This document shows, piece by piece, positions 1 to 12,329 of a stretch of 64,000 nucleotides of DNA. The notes under the pieces were generated by a model that worked only from the letters and a program-made list of their open reading frames with translations, did not search any database and was not told the DNA's origin. Origin of the DNA: Octopus vulgaris (lineage: Eukaryota); the NCBI GenBank assembly GCA_951406725.2, contig OX597839.1, forward strand, positions 10,354,001 through 10,418,000, written 5' to 3'. The position numbers and the translations under genes are program-made. Numbering within the stretch: the first letter of the stretch is position 1; each line of letters opens with the position of its first letter.

Positions 1-244
1 TTGTATAAAGGACACACACACATGCAGACATTTTGCCGTTTATATATATAGAGATAGTGTATAATGCTATATACTACCAAATATTATATGCACTATAAAA
101 AGTCAAATATCTAATCGTTATAGAATAGTAAAAGCAGATGAATGTAAAGGTATCATGCTTTACAACGAATCTTTCTAAATCATAAGATATATCATAAAGC
201 GCAATCGTATATATATATATGGGTTACGGTAGCTCTATCTAACT

Positions 245-508
245 CAGTGTTTCTCGACCACTTTTTTTTTTACTTAAGGATCATTTTGATTCCTGTCTTA
301 TTCTACGTGACCCCAATAACGATTCGATGTTTTTTAAAAAAAATCCTATTATATTTTTAATGGTTAAATATTACAAGGATTTGTATAAACAATTGTTAAA
401 ATATTTTGGGGTTTGTAACAGTATACCCAATTTATTGTAGATAAAGTTTAACTACAAAATCTTATGTGGACCTCTAATGGCCCAATGGACCCCGGTTGAG
501 AACCACTG
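245..508. mobile_element. hAT (Charlie-like) MITE
   Basis: TIRs cagtgtttctcgacc / ggttgagaaccactg; 8-bp TSD atctaact/atctaaat (1 mismatch). Confidence 0.75.
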
Positions 509-793
509 ATCTAAATCTTACAATAATTCTATATGACATATAATTAAACATAAAGTAGGAAAATCAGGGCTCTCATAAATATATAATGGAAAATCATCAG
601 CCGTGTCATCATAAATAAGCAATGAGACATTGGACGCATCATAACTTATGCAACAATAAAACTATCCAGTTCTAATTATTCGGTGGTAATCACAACTCCA
701 CCATATTTATGAAGTAGTCAGTTCAGCGTAATAAATCATCTAAGAAATAAACAGCTTTGTGAGTGTAGTCTTTGGTATATTGTGGTAATCTCT

Positions 794-1440
794 TCAAATT
801 CCGCCGAGGTCGACTTTGCCTTTCTTCATTTCGGGGGCAGTATATTAAGTACCTATTTTCTTTACTACCCACAAGGGGCTAAACATAGAGAGGACAAACA
901 AGGACAGACAAAGGGATTAAGTCGATTACATCGACCCCAGTGCGTAACTAGTACTTAATTTATTGACCCCGAAAGGATGAAAGGCAAAGTTGACCTCGGC
1001 TAAATTTGAACATACAACATAACGGCGGACGAAATACCTATTTCTTTATTACCCACAAATCCCGCCGAGATTAACTTTGCCTCTCATATATCTAGGATCG
1101 ATGATATAAAAAAAACCAATGAAGCATTGGGGTCGATGGTATCGATTGACCCCTCCTATCGATGGTATCGATTGACTCTAAGGCGGCGAGTTGGCAGAAA
1201 CGTTAGCACGCCGGGCGAAATGCGTAGCCGTATTTCGTCTGCAGCTACGTTCTGAGTTCAAATTCCGCCTTTCATCCTTTCGGGGTCGATAAATTAAGTA
1301 CCAGTTACGCACTGGGGTCGATGTAATCGACTTTATCCGTTTGATCCCTCTGTGTTTAGCCCCTTGTGGGTAGTAAAGAAATAGGTATCGATTGACCCCT
1401 CCTTTCAAATTTGCTGGCCTTGTGCTTAAATCGGAAACAA
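794..1440. mobile_element. Nested cluster of SINE-B copies (full copy about 1180-1385 on +)
   Basis: Head ggcggcgagttggcagaaacgttagc, B-box-like gagttcaaattcc, body gcctttcatcctttcggggtcgataaattaagtacc, tail ttagccccttgtggg..aaagaaatag; minus-strand copy about 852-1056. Confidence 0.8.
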
Positions 1441-1890
1441 TTCTGTAGTGCAGTAAGTTTGGTCGGCCCGAGGCTATAGTAGAAGACACCCAAGTTGCCA
1501 CGCAGTAGAACCGAACCTGGAACCAGGTAGTTGGTAAGCAAGCATTTTGCCACACACCCACGCCTGCACACAGCCCGTTTTGCAACCAATCTGTACATTG
1601 TTTTTATTTCCCTTTGGGTTGTAGTTTCTTTTGTAAGCATTGCGTATCGTGCCTATAGCAGTCGTTGTAACACTGCATTGTTTTATTACACTTTCTGAAC
1701 CGTGTATTTAGTATGCGCTACGTGTAGGACACTTAGCAATATTGTATACAGTGTCTTTAGTAAACATTGGTGTAGTATCAATAATAAACACTGTCTTGTA
1801 TTCTAGTAGTTACATAGAGTGTCTTTAACAAACCGTGTGTTTAGTGAATTCAGTAAATGTGCTGAGAACGGTTACTAAATTCTCTCTTAT

Positions 1891-2303
1891 TTTTACTGGT
1901 TTCAGTCATTTGACTACAGCCATACTAGAGCACCGCCTTTAGTCGAGCAAAATCGACCCCAGGACTTATTCTTTGTAAGCCTAGTACTTATTCTACCGGT
2001 CTCTTTTGCCGAACCGCTAATCTACGATAACGTAAACACACCAGCATCGGTTGTCAAGTGATGCTGGGGGGGGGAGAGGACAAACACAGACACACAAACA
2101 TATACACACACACATACATATATATACATATACATATAAATGACGGGATTCTCTCAGTTTCCGTCTACCAAATCCACTCACAAGGCTTCGGTCTGTCCGA
2201 TGCTATAGTAGAAGACACTTGCCCAAGGTGCCACGCTGTGGGACTGAACCCGAAACCATGTGGTTGGTAAGCAAGCTACTTACCACACAGCCACTCCTAC
2301 ACC
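1891..2303 (-). mobile_element. SINE-A (tRNA-like head, CORE-like accttgggcaagtg, internal TA/TG microsatellite)
   Basis: Near-identical to copies at 19382, 25681, 29384, 47844, 49657, 51005, 62557. Confidence 0.85.
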
Positions 2304-2369
2304 TATTACACATAACACTTACACATAGCACTTCCCATAATGTTTATAATGTACGTTACAAAGAATATT

Positions 2370-2783
2370 GGATCTTCTCGGTTTGAACGGCAGTTTTTTC
2401 TTGCGGTGTCATATAAAATTGTGACCCATAATTATGACCCTAGTATCGATTTATTGCATTTCAATCTGTTTTAGGGTTAGGGTTAGAGGTAGGGGGAAGG
2501 GTATCTTTTTTCTTCACAAATGTAAATAAACCCAATCTGTTTCTTAAACGAGGGACATATTCATACGGCACAGAATGCTTTTCACTTCAATAGACGTCAT
2601 TGATTGGTTGAAGTTGCAGAAATTGAAGAAAAATAACAACAAATATCTTACAAAGTATAGAATTCTCTCAATAAAGCCAAGAGAAAAAGATGTTTTATAA
2701 ACACATTCTACCAGTATACGAAGTTTAAAATTTTTTAATTACCTAGAAATTGTTAAAAACTGCCGTTCAAACCGAAAAGATCC
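2370..2783. mobile_element. MITE with about 29-bp TIRs and an internal TTAGGG tract, copy 1
   Basis: ggatcttctcggtttgaacggcagttttt ... aaaaactgccgttcaaaccgaaaagatcc; second copy at 34317-34739. Confidence 0.85.
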
Positions 2784-2900
2784 GATATTTCACGTAATGT
2801 TCACGTAATTCGCCCAACACAATATTTACTAATGATTATCTACACAATATTTGCTTAAGATATTGCACACCATGGTTAACAAGAAGCACTACAAAGAATA

Positions 2901-3092
2901 GGCGCAGGCGAGGACGTGTAAGAAGCTTGCTTCCCAACCACAAGTTTCTGGGTTCAGTTCCGCTGTGTGGCACCTTGGGGGCAAGTTGTCTTCAACTATA
3001 GCCTCGGGCCGACTGAATCTTGTGAGCGGATTTAGCAGACAGAATCTGAATCCCGTCATATATATGTATACATGAGTGTATATGCGTGTGTG

Positions 3093-3127
<35 letters not shown>

Positions 3128-3185
3128 AAGCGTGTGCGTGCGTCTTTGTATCAATATTTATCCCACATCACTGCTTGACAACCGG
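2901..3185 (+). mobile_element. Degenerate SINE-A, 5' part
   Basis: ggcgcagg head, ggttcagttcc, caccttggg..gcaagttgtcttc, TG tract. Confidence 0.7.
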
Positions 3186-3259
3186 TCCTGGAATTCGTTT
3201 AGAAGTAAATTCCAATGCATTTTCAAATTCTTTTTTCTATATTTATACTGTGTGGAATA

Positions 3260-3309
<50 letters not shown>

Positions 3310-3361
3310 CATGTGTGTGTGTGTGTGTGTGTGCGTGTGCGTGTGTGTGTATATGCATATG

Positions 3362-3397
<36 letters not shown>

Positions 3398-3474
3398 TTA
3401 TCAAAGCTGCAAATACTTTATTCCACCTTGTTTATGCCTTTATGTATACTCGTGTATGTATGTATGTATGTATG

Positions 3475-3508
<34 letters not shown>

Positions 3509-3597
3509 TGTATGTATGTGTGTATGTGTGTATGTATGTATGTGTGTGTGTATGTATGTATGTATGTATATATATATATTTTTTATCAAAGCTGCAA

Positions 3598-3628
<31 letters not shown>

Positions 3629-3701
3629 TGTGTGTATGTATGTATGTATGTATGTATGTATGTATGTATGTATGTATGTATGTTTGTATGTATGTTTGTA
3701 T

Positions 3702-3944
3702 GTGGCTTAGTGGTAAGAGTGTCAGCATCATCATCGTAAGAATGTGGTTTCGATTCCTGGACCGGGCGACGTGTTGTGTTCTTGAGCAAAACACTTCATT
3801 TCACGTTCCTAGTCCACTCAGCTGGCAAATATGAGTAACGCTGCGATGGACTGGCGTCCCGTCCACGTGGGGAACCTATACGCCAAGGAAACCGGGAAAC
3901 CGGCCCTTATGAGCTAGGCATGGCTTGAGAAAGAACAAACAACA
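3702..3944 (+). mobile_element. tRNA-derived SINE-D
   Basis: A box tggcttagtgg, B box ggtttcgattcc, then gttgtgttcttgagcaaaacactt; 5' half homologous to 26779-26920. Confidence 0.75.
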
Positions 3945-4698
3945 ATATATACACACACATATATATGTATAAATATGTGTGTGCGCGTGCCTTTGTGTCT
4001 GTGTTCAAGAACACAGCACACTGCTCCATCCGGAAATCGAAAGCCTGATCTTATGAGTGTAAGTGTAACACTCTAACCACTCGGCCATGTTTTTTTGTGT
4101 GCTACACAAAATTATATATTGCATGTGGTAACATGATTTGTCTACTGCAACATAGAAACATGAAACATGTAGTATGTAGTCTACATAAGGGCCCCTGAAT
4201 CATGTGACATAGAGAGGACCTCAGAAGTCGAGTACTAGTAATCGTAGTGGTCGTAGCAGCAGCAATGACAGTCATGGTGGTGGCAGTAGAAATAATAACA
4301 GCAGTGGTTGTGGTGTTAGTGGTAGTAGTAATAGTAGAAGTAGTAGCTGTTGTTTAACCCTAGGCCAACCCCGACTGAGCAGATCTATAATCGAAATCAT
4401 TCTAAGTCCCAAGACTAACACATCTTTTCTTTTTCTTATTTCCTTCTTTCGTTTTCTTGTTTTTATTTCAGGCACCGTGTATCTAGGACTATATTATTCA
4501 ACGTATTCTTTCATAATCATTTTTGTTTTGTCTTTTGAATTGGAACGATCTGATATAAGGGATATTCGGCTACTATATCTAACATCTCGTACGATCATGA
4601 ATGAACCCTGATCCTTTGTTGGTAGAACATTGAAGACGTAAATATAGGGAGCAATAAAATGAAAAAAAAAACAAAAATAGAAATTCCTTAGAAATTCC

Positions 4699-6846
4699 TT
4701 ACCTCTCTGTCCAATATGTGTAAGGCATGGCGTTGAAGGACGGCTCGGTTTGTTGTTGTGGGGTGAAAGCAAAGGGCGACATGGGCGACGTGGCAGCTGT
4801 CGCAGGGGAATAGTCATTTAGCTGTGGGTAATTGGTCGGCGGTTGGGCAATGCGCATGCCCGACATGCTTGACTGCATGGCTGCCGTCGGGTAGGCTCCA
4901 AATGTGGATGGCACGCGCTGGCAGGAGCTGTAACTCATCTGAGACATGTGACCCATGCCGGCGGCATTGGAGGACGGGTTCAAGGTCCAGGGTGGGTACT
5001 GATGTGAATACTGGTGAGCGTATGACGGCGAGAAGTAGTTCTTGGTCAGTGCGAACTGATTGAACGTGCAAGAGTCTGCGAAAAGGGGTTTGTGAAGAGA
5101 GATGGTAGTCCTGTACGGCCGTTTCATGCGACGACGTCGTCTGTAGTTACCCTTTTCGAACATTCCTTCGTAAGCCGGGTCCACTGTCCAATAGTTGCCC
5201 TTGCGTTCTCCGCCGCCTTCTCGGGGCACTTTCACAAAGCATTCGTTCAGACTGAGGTTATGCCGAATGCTGTTCTGCCATCCTTTCTTGTTTTTTTCAT
5301 AATACGGAAATTTGTTGACTATATACTGATAGATACCACTCAGAGTTAAACGTTTTTCGCTTGACTCCTTGATGGCCATTGCAATAAGGGCCACGTACGA
5401 ATACGGGGGTTTTTGATTAGGGTCCAATTCTTTGTTATTACTGTTGTTATTATTGCTATTGCTGTTGCTGTTGCTGTTGTTGTTGTTGTTGTTGGTAGTG
5501 GTGGTGTTAGTATTGGTGTTACTGCTGTTGTTGTTGCTGCTGTTATTACTTGTAGAGTTACTATTATGGTTGTTGTGGTTGTTGTTGTTGCTACTACCGC
5601 TTCTGCTTCGATATTGATTATTATTGTTGCTATGATTAGTTGAAGCTGAGCTGACGGAAATATTACTGGTATTAGTAGTAGCAGTAGGAGTACTAGTAAC
5701 AGTATTACTACTGCTGCTACTAGTATTGTTGTTGCTGTTGTTGTTGTTATGGGTTGTCGAAGGTATATTTCCATTGCAGATGCCGTTGGTGAGGGTGGAC
5801 AAGGCACCGACCTCGCTGTTCCCCAGCAGGGTCGAGGCCGATGACAGTGTACTTCCACGAAGCTCCAGCACGCCGCTGCTCCCCACCTCTCCAAGGGAGG
5901 CCACGGCAGTGGCACCCGTGTGGAGGCGGGGCGAGTGTGGGTGCGACGACGAGCGAAGACGCGAATGATGAAAATGGAGGTGGGAGGCGGGAAGTGGGGC
6001 AGGGGTGGAAGGAGGAGGAAGACTGTGTTGTTGTTGTTGTTGCTGTTGTTGTTGTTGGTGGTGGTGGTGCGATTGCTGTTGCTGGTGATGGTGCTGTTGA
6101 TGAGGATGATGATGTGGGAGAGGAGGAAGGGATGATAGATTTGGCGGTGGCGGTGGGAGGGAAGAGAGGGGAGTTGGTGGTGTAGCGGGAATAGGATGAA
6201 TGGGGGTCACGGGAGAATGTTGATGTTGGTTTTGTTGGTGGTGGTGTTGTTGGTGTTGTTGTTGTTGTTGTTGTTGCTGATGTTGGCTGTGGTGGCGATG
6301 CATCTGTTGCTGCTGCTGCTGCTGGTGGTGATGATTGTGATTATGATTGTGATGATGATGTTGGAGTGGATGAATAGAAGGAGAAGAGGAGAGCAACGAC
6401 TGGCCGAGCGGAGGGGACGAACCCTCTTCTTTTTTGATTTCCATTTTGATGTGCAGCTTACCAGGATCCGCGCCCAGTAGACCGTTGCTAAGAGACTGCG
6501 GGCCTGACGACCCTGACAACGGCGATGAGGACGACGACGACGATGACGATGACGACGACGACGACGACGACAACGAAGACGATAAGGATACCGCTGAAGA
6601 TGCCAATGATGCCGCTGTTGCTGCTGCTGCTGACGACGATGATGACGACGACGACGACGACGATGGTGCGGCGGCTGAGGCTGCGGCGGTGGCGGCGGCT
6701 GTGGCAGCAACGGCAGCGGCGTCCATTAAACCAGAAAGTTCGGCTGTGAATCGAGCGTGGTAGAGTGTGTTGTCTAAACCGACGCCAGCACTGGAGGCGA
6801 CCACACCCAGAAACACATCTGCTTTTGGAGCTTCTAGAAGAGGCAT
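4699..6846 (-). CDS. foxl2: Forkhead box L2-type transcription factor, single coding exon, about 715 aa from the first in-frame ATG (MPLLEAPK...)
   Basis: Forkhead domain [97 protein letters not shown] (about 5111-5412) is the FoxL2 signature; C-terminal YTYW resembles the vertebrate FOXL2 CSYW end. The track ORF starts at GTG 6930, just after an in-frame TAG at 6945-6943; the first ATG is at 6846 with A at -3. Confidence 0.93.
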   Translation of the reverse strand: MPLLEAPKADVFLGVVASSAGVGLDNTLYHARFTAELSGLMDAAAVAATAAATAAASAAAPSSSSSSSSSSSAAAATAASLASSAVSLSSSLSSSSSSSSSSSSSSSSPLSGSSGPQSLSNGLLGADPGKLHIKMEIKKEEGSSPPLGQSLLSSSPSIHPLQHHHHNHNHNHHHQQQQQQQMHRHHSQHQQQQQQQQHQQHHHQQNQHQHSPVTPIHPIPATPPTPLSSLPPPPPNLSSLPPLPHHHPHQQHHHQQQQSHHHHQQQQQQQQQQHSLPPPSTPAPLPASHLHFHHSRLRSSSHPHSPRLHTGATAVASLGEVGSSGVLELRGSTLSSASTLLGNSEVGALSTLTNGICNGNIPSTTHNNNNSNNNTSSSSSNTVTSTPTATTNTSNISVSSASTNHSNNNNQYRSRSGSSNNNNHNNHNSNSTSNNSSNNNSSNTNTNTTTTNNNNNNSNSNSNSNNNNSNNKELDPNQKPPYSYVALIAMAIKESSEKRLTLSGIYQYIVNKFPYYEKNKKGWQNSIRHNLSLNECFVKVPREGGGERKGNYWTVDPAYEGMFEKGNYRRRRRMKRPYRTTISLHKPLFADSCTFNQFALTKNYFSPSYAHQYSHQYPPWTLNPSSNAAGMGHMSQMSYSSCQRVPSTFGAYPTAAMQSSMSGMRIAQPPTNYPQLNDYSPATAATSPMSPFAFTPQQQTEPSFNAMPYTYWTER

Positions 6847-7060
6847 GTTCCTCCTTTCTTTCCTTCTTTGTTTTTTTATTTTCACTTCCCCTCCTCCTCC
6901 TCCTCCTCCCCTCGTTCTTCTCTCACCCACCTCTCTCTCTTTCTATCTCTTTTTTCTCTTTCTCTCTCTATTGCTCCGTTAATATTTTTATTATTGTTGT
7001 TGTCGCTGTAATCCTTTTTAATTCTTGTCTTCTTTTCCAGTTTCTGTATTTCTAGCAATT

Positions 7061-7090
7061 CTGAAATAGATATTGAGAAAAAAAAGTAAT
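7061..7090 (-). promoter_or_regulatory. Putative splice acceptor of the foxl2 coding exon (exon begins at 7060)
   Basis: Minus strand reads ttttttttctcaatatctatttCAG|aattg: pyrimidine tract plus CAG, 214 nt upstream of the ATG. Confidence 0.55.
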
Positions 7091-7166
7091 AAATCAACGC
7101 GATATAATAATAATAATAATGATAATAATAATAAAAATAAAAATAATAATAATAATGATAGTAGTA

Positions 7167-7220
<54 letters not shown>

Positions 7221-7269
7221 ATAATAATAATTATAATAATAATAATAATAATAATAATAGTGACAGTGA

Positions 7270-7308
<39 letters not shown>

Positions 7309-7345
7309 AAGTAGTAGTAATAATAATAATAATAATAATAATAAA

Positions 7346-7800
7346 AGTGTTGTCATGTACATTGTTTTGTCTTGGTATAAAAGATGGGCTACAGTAAATA
7401 TTCTACTCAATACCACATATTTGCTTGTCAGTTGTTTGACCTTAACCAGTTGAGCATGTCCCTTAGTGGCTGACGATATGTGCATTTCTGATCATGAGCA
7501 GAAGTAGTGGGGGAGCATCATAGCCGTGTGTTGAAAGGAATTCTTAGAGGTTTTGATAATTCACCTTTGGAAACATGGGTGTTTCGTTCAACATCTTTAA
7601 ACAATCATTATTCATGGACCTTTTGAGCGGGATGGGCTTCTCGACCAGAAGGAAATTCTAACTGGGCCCCACTTGCAAGGTCATGTGCTGTTTATCTTGA
7701 TATGAGATCACCATGTCACTCACATATGGTTGTGATGCATGTGCCTGGTGTACACTTATGATGGGTATACTGGGCTTGGTATATTTGTGTCCCAGTTCGC
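7346..7800 (+). mobile_element. Family C, about 550-bp (AAT)n-associated interspersed repeat (5'-truncated)
   Basis: Matches copies at 16594, 24697, 41968, 44446 (-). Confidence 0.85.
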
Positions 7801-7833
7801 TTTGATTATGATGATGATGATGATGATGATGAT

Positions 7834-8070
7834 GAAGAAGAAGAAGAAGAAGAAGAAGAAGAAGAAGAAGAAGAAGAAGAAGAAGAAGAAGAAGAAGAAG
7901 AAGAAGAAGAAGAAGAAGAAGAAGAAGAAGAAGAAGAAGAAGAAGAAGAAGAAGAAGAAGAAGAAGAAGAAGAAGAAGAAGAAGAAGAAGAAGAAGAAGA
8001 AGAAGAAGAAGAAGAAGAAGAAGAAGAAGAAGAAGAAGAAGAAGAAGAAGAAGAAGAAGAAGAAGAAGAA
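7834..8070. repeat. Pure (GAA)79 tract
   Basis: 237 bp of uninterrupted GAA. Confidence 0.95.
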
Positions 8071-8082
8071 CCCAGTTTGGTA

Positions 8083-8190
8083 CAGTATTATTCGGGACAG
8101 CTAGGATACTTAAGAAGGTTCTTGGCACCCAAGGTTACTTGTTGCAGCTCGATGTTAGGAACAGTCTAACCTGTTGATTGTTTATGAAAT
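8083..8190 (+). pseudogene. 3' terminal fragment of an R4/Dong-like (RLE) non-LTR retrotransposon
   Basis: Translates TVLFGTARILKKVLG, matching the LLGTARILRKVL-type C-terminal motif of R4-clade ORFs; lies between trinucleotide repeats. Confidence 0.6.
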
Positions 8191-8720
8191 AACGCAACAA
8201 CAACAACAGCAGCAGCAGCAGCAACAACAATAACATGATAACAACAATTATTAAATAGACAAATATAGACAATAGTAACAATAAACTAAACAGAACAGCA
8301 TTAAAGAGATCCCCAAATGGAAGGAAGGCAACCATAGAGAGTGATTCGAGCCCACCCCACAAGAATCCCAGATTATTTGATAGCCTAAACCCGAATACCT
8401 TCTCCAAGTTCTTTCCTCCAGGAATATAGACTGAATTGGTTACACCAATTTTACCCATCTCTTCCACCTTTGATAGACTGCCGTCATGCTGGGGCAATGC
8501 CTAGAAGAAGTATAGTCGAATGAATCGGCTCCATTAGCTGTTTTTACTAACATAAAAAAAATCTGTGATAAAAATCTACAGATGGAGGAGGACCTTCTAC
8601 TACCATGTTCTTAATGATAAAATTAACCTCTCTATCTATATATGTACCCTCTTTGTAATGTTGGCAGATGAGATAAGTATAAAAATGTACATTGTCCATT
8701 TAATTTTAAAAATTCTATAT

Positions 8721-8806
8721 GTGGCTGGAGATTGCTTTACATTTTAAAACTGATGTAATACTTACATTGTTTAATAAAATGAAGTAGCATGAAACGATTG
8801 TACTAC
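8721..8806 (+). ncRNA. Type-I hammerhead-like motif with long stem II (family H1, copy a)
   Basis: GUGG-CUGGAGA-UUGC..GCAU-GAAAC-GAUU-GUA-CUAC; homologous copy at 27747-27836 (-). Confidence 0.55.
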
Positions 8807-8838
8807 ACTGCCTTGGATATCCTTGTTGCTTATTTTGA

Positions 8839-8912
<74 letters not shown>

Positions 8913-9678
8913 CAATCCGTCAATATTAGGAAAGTTTCGAACAAATATATACATTTCGCCACGCATCCAAGTAAGTTCTTTATTAATATAATCTAATCGA
9001 TGCGACTCTATCCTTTACTGGTTCCGCTCTCCCCCTCCTTTTGTCTCTATCTCCCTCTTTTTGTCTCTCTCCCTTTCGTTTCCTTTTTTCTCCCTCCTCA
9101 CCGTTTTCTATCTGTCTGTCCCCCTCTCTCTCCCTCTTCCTCCTTTACTCTCTCTCGTTGCTCACACGTGACCATCGTCCATCCTTCCTGTCCTCGCGTG
9201 ATCTTTCTTTTCCTTCAATCCCTTGCGCAGTTCGGACGCATTTGTACCTGTCTCCTCTCTCTTCAAGCGTTCGCCATTTTTACCTCGTCTGTGCCTAACG
9301 TCCCTCATTGTTTGTATTCGTTTCGCTTGGTTTGTTGTATGTTTTGTTTGTGTTACCAACTTTGACACTCCACAAATCCCAATTTTTTTTATGTCGGTTC
9401 GCGGGGGCAACTGCCTTCAAAGTCATAGCTTGTTGTTTGAATACTCGAAATAAGGAGTAGAAGGAGAGCCAACAACTGATGAAGGGTTGTTTTTCTATGT
9501 TACTTATTTTGTTTTCCTTTCGTTTTTCTCGTTTTTTTTTTGCGTACCCAACGTTATTTTCGTATTTCATGTTTGTTTACGTACCCATATATGCATAGCT
9601 ATATACGTATGTATGTACATATATGTGTCTATATATGTATATATATATATTATTTATAATATATATATATATATATAC

Positions 9679-9744
<66 letters not shown>

Positions 9745-9894
9745 CTGTGTTTGTGTGTGTGTGTGTGTGTGTGTATAGGTGTGGTTGTGTAGTAAGAAGC
9801 TTTCTTCCCAGCCACATGGTTCCGGGTTCAGTCTCACTGTGTGGTACCTTCTGGCAAGCTACTTACCACACAACCACTCCTGCGCCTGTATATT

Positions 9895-9991
<97 letters not shown>

Positions 9992-10014
9992 ATATGTGTG
10001 TATATATATATAAA

Positions 10015-10054
<40 letters not shown>

Positions 10055-10166
10055 GTATATAATATATACATACATATATATATATATGTATATATGTATA
10101 TATATATATGTATATATATATGTATATATATATATGTATATATATATATGTATATATATATATATG

Positions 10167-10266
<100 letters not shown>

Positions 10267-10601
10267 TATGTATATGTATGTGTGTGTACTATTTTTATAT
10301 ATTAGTATACAGGTGCGCACTTTGATTAGCTTATGAATGGCTCGTATAACTCCAAACCGAATTTTATAAAAATATAAAATATCAACGAATAAAAGGCGGG
10401 ATTATTTATATAGAAATATTTGTTTAAAATAATAGTTGATTGTTATGGAGGTGTTGTTGTTTCATTCCTCTGAGGTCATCGTGACGAACTCGTAGGAGTG
10501 ATACAAGCAGCTCTTGTGTTTTATATACATATATACACATACACATTTACACAAACACATACAAATATATATGGATGGATATATGTATATATATATATAT
10601 G

Positions 10602-10651
<50 letters not shown>

Positions 10652-10870
10652 TTTATCTTTTTACTTGTTTTAGTTATTAGACTGCGGCCATACTGGAACG
10701 CTACCATGAAGACTTTTTTAGTCGATCGAATCGAACCCAGTACTTACTTTTTTAAAAGAATTTCATAATATATATACGTGGGTGTGTGGATGTATATACA
10801 TGCATATATAAACGTGCATATATATATATATGTGTTTGTTTGTATCTATGTATATATATGTATATGTGTA

Positions 10871-11085
10871 TATGTATATATAAAGTTAATCCAAACATGA
10901 AAGCACAAAAAAACACAACAACGCGAGGACGTGGAACAAATTTAGTATTATTGGACGCTCAGGAAAGAAGGAAAGAAGGATGGTTTAACGTTTCGAGTGG
11001 AGCTCTTCGTCGGAAACATAGGAGAAGGAAAGATCCCGAGAAGGGAAGACAGAGGAAAAAAAATCGCCAACGGTACACACGCGGT

Positions 11086-11088
<3 letters not shown>
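10871..11088 (-). mobile_element. About 215-bp TA-embedded element with minimal hammerhead (family H2, copy a)
   Basis: Highly similar to 60814-61023; HHR at 10983-11017: GUUU-CCGACGA-A-GAG..CUC-GAAAC-GUU-AAAC. Confidence 0.75.
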
Positions 11089-11148
<60 letters not shown>

Positions 11149-11151
<3 letters not shown>

Positions 11152-12296
11152 TCTTTATTAGCCACACAGGGCTGCACACAGATAGAACAAATTACAAGGT
11201 AGAGCTTTTCTTTTGAAGGTTTAAGAAAGAAAAAAAAAAAAAAAAAAAAGGAAGGGGGAGTTTCGATCAAAAGGGATCGTAAAAGGAGAGAAAGAGGACA
11301 AAAAAAAAGGGGGGTTTAAAAAAAAAAAAAAAAGGGGGGGGGGGAGGAAAAAAAATTGATCAATAGGGATCGTTATCACAGAAATGTCAATATGAAGTGT
11401 AAAGGGGAGGACAGGTGAGGTTTACCCGTGCAAAGAAAAGCCTACGGAAAAGACCACGGTAACCTCGGTCAATGAAGTCACATTTTATATTTCTTTTTTT
11501 TTTTTTTTGCAAATAAGCAACTCTCTGTTTTCGATTTCTGGGTTCATAGGACTATGCTCAAGGTGGCTTCGTCATTCATACGTGCCATTCTTGCTACATT
11601 CACCCATCTTTTTTTAAAACATTCGCTAGACAAAACTTGCCTCTCTACTCTCACTTTCCTTTTCAAGTGGTACTTGAAGAAGTTGATGAGAGATTGACCA
11701 GAGAGGAAAGTGTTTGTCTCCAATCCTTTCAGACGCGTCCACCAGATACATTCTTTCGCCATAGCCACAAGGATGATGAAAATAGCTCTTCCTTCCCGTT
11801 TGAAGGAAGGAGGCGTGACAATATTGACGATAGACTCAGCTGATAAACCGACTCGTCCCACACGTGACAGCAGTTGTTCGACACAAGCCCACAGGTCGGA
11901 AATTGTTGGACACTGAACGAGTGCGTGCAGAACGGTTTCGTCGCTCTGACCGCATCTCGGGCAGGTCGGCCCCGTGTTTCTCGAGCCGTGTCTGTAGAGC
12001 TTATCCCGAACGGGTAGCGCTTCTCGGTAGCACTGCCAGGCCAGGGATCTCTGGAAGTTGTCCATGGGCCCTGGCCCGAAAGTCGTCCTGAACAGGCGGG
12101 TCAGGTACTCCTCGTCGACGTCCAGGTTCGCCCCGAGCTCGTCGTCGTACCTCCCCTCCACTAAACCCCTATAGAATGCTTTGGTTGTGTTGAAGTCACT
12201 TAAGGTCGACCCAGGACGGCAGAGTTGCTTGAGAGCAACGCGACACTCGCGGTGCCATTCGCCCTTCCTCGGCCTCTTTTTGATCCAAGAAATCAT
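11149..12296 (-). mobile_element. 5'-truncated Tx1/L1-like LINE: ORF2 C-terminus (stop at 11544) plus 3' UTR
   Basis: zf-RVT-type CCHC motif CPRCGQSDETVLHALVQC preceded by WQCYREALPV; UTR ends ...gcagccctgtgtggctaataaagaaac next to (TA)n. Confidence 0.8.
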
Positions 12297-12329
12297 CAGG
12301 AAGCTAGGTGACAAGAGTAGTTTATATAG

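Noticed and set aside
2471-2490. Telomere or chromosome-fusion remnant
   Set aside because: Only 2-3 units, internal to a two-copy MITE.
6847-6930. GTG-initiated N-terminal extension of the FoxL2 ORF
   Set aside because: Purine-rich simple repeat with a non-ATG start; the ATG at 6846 is more plausible.
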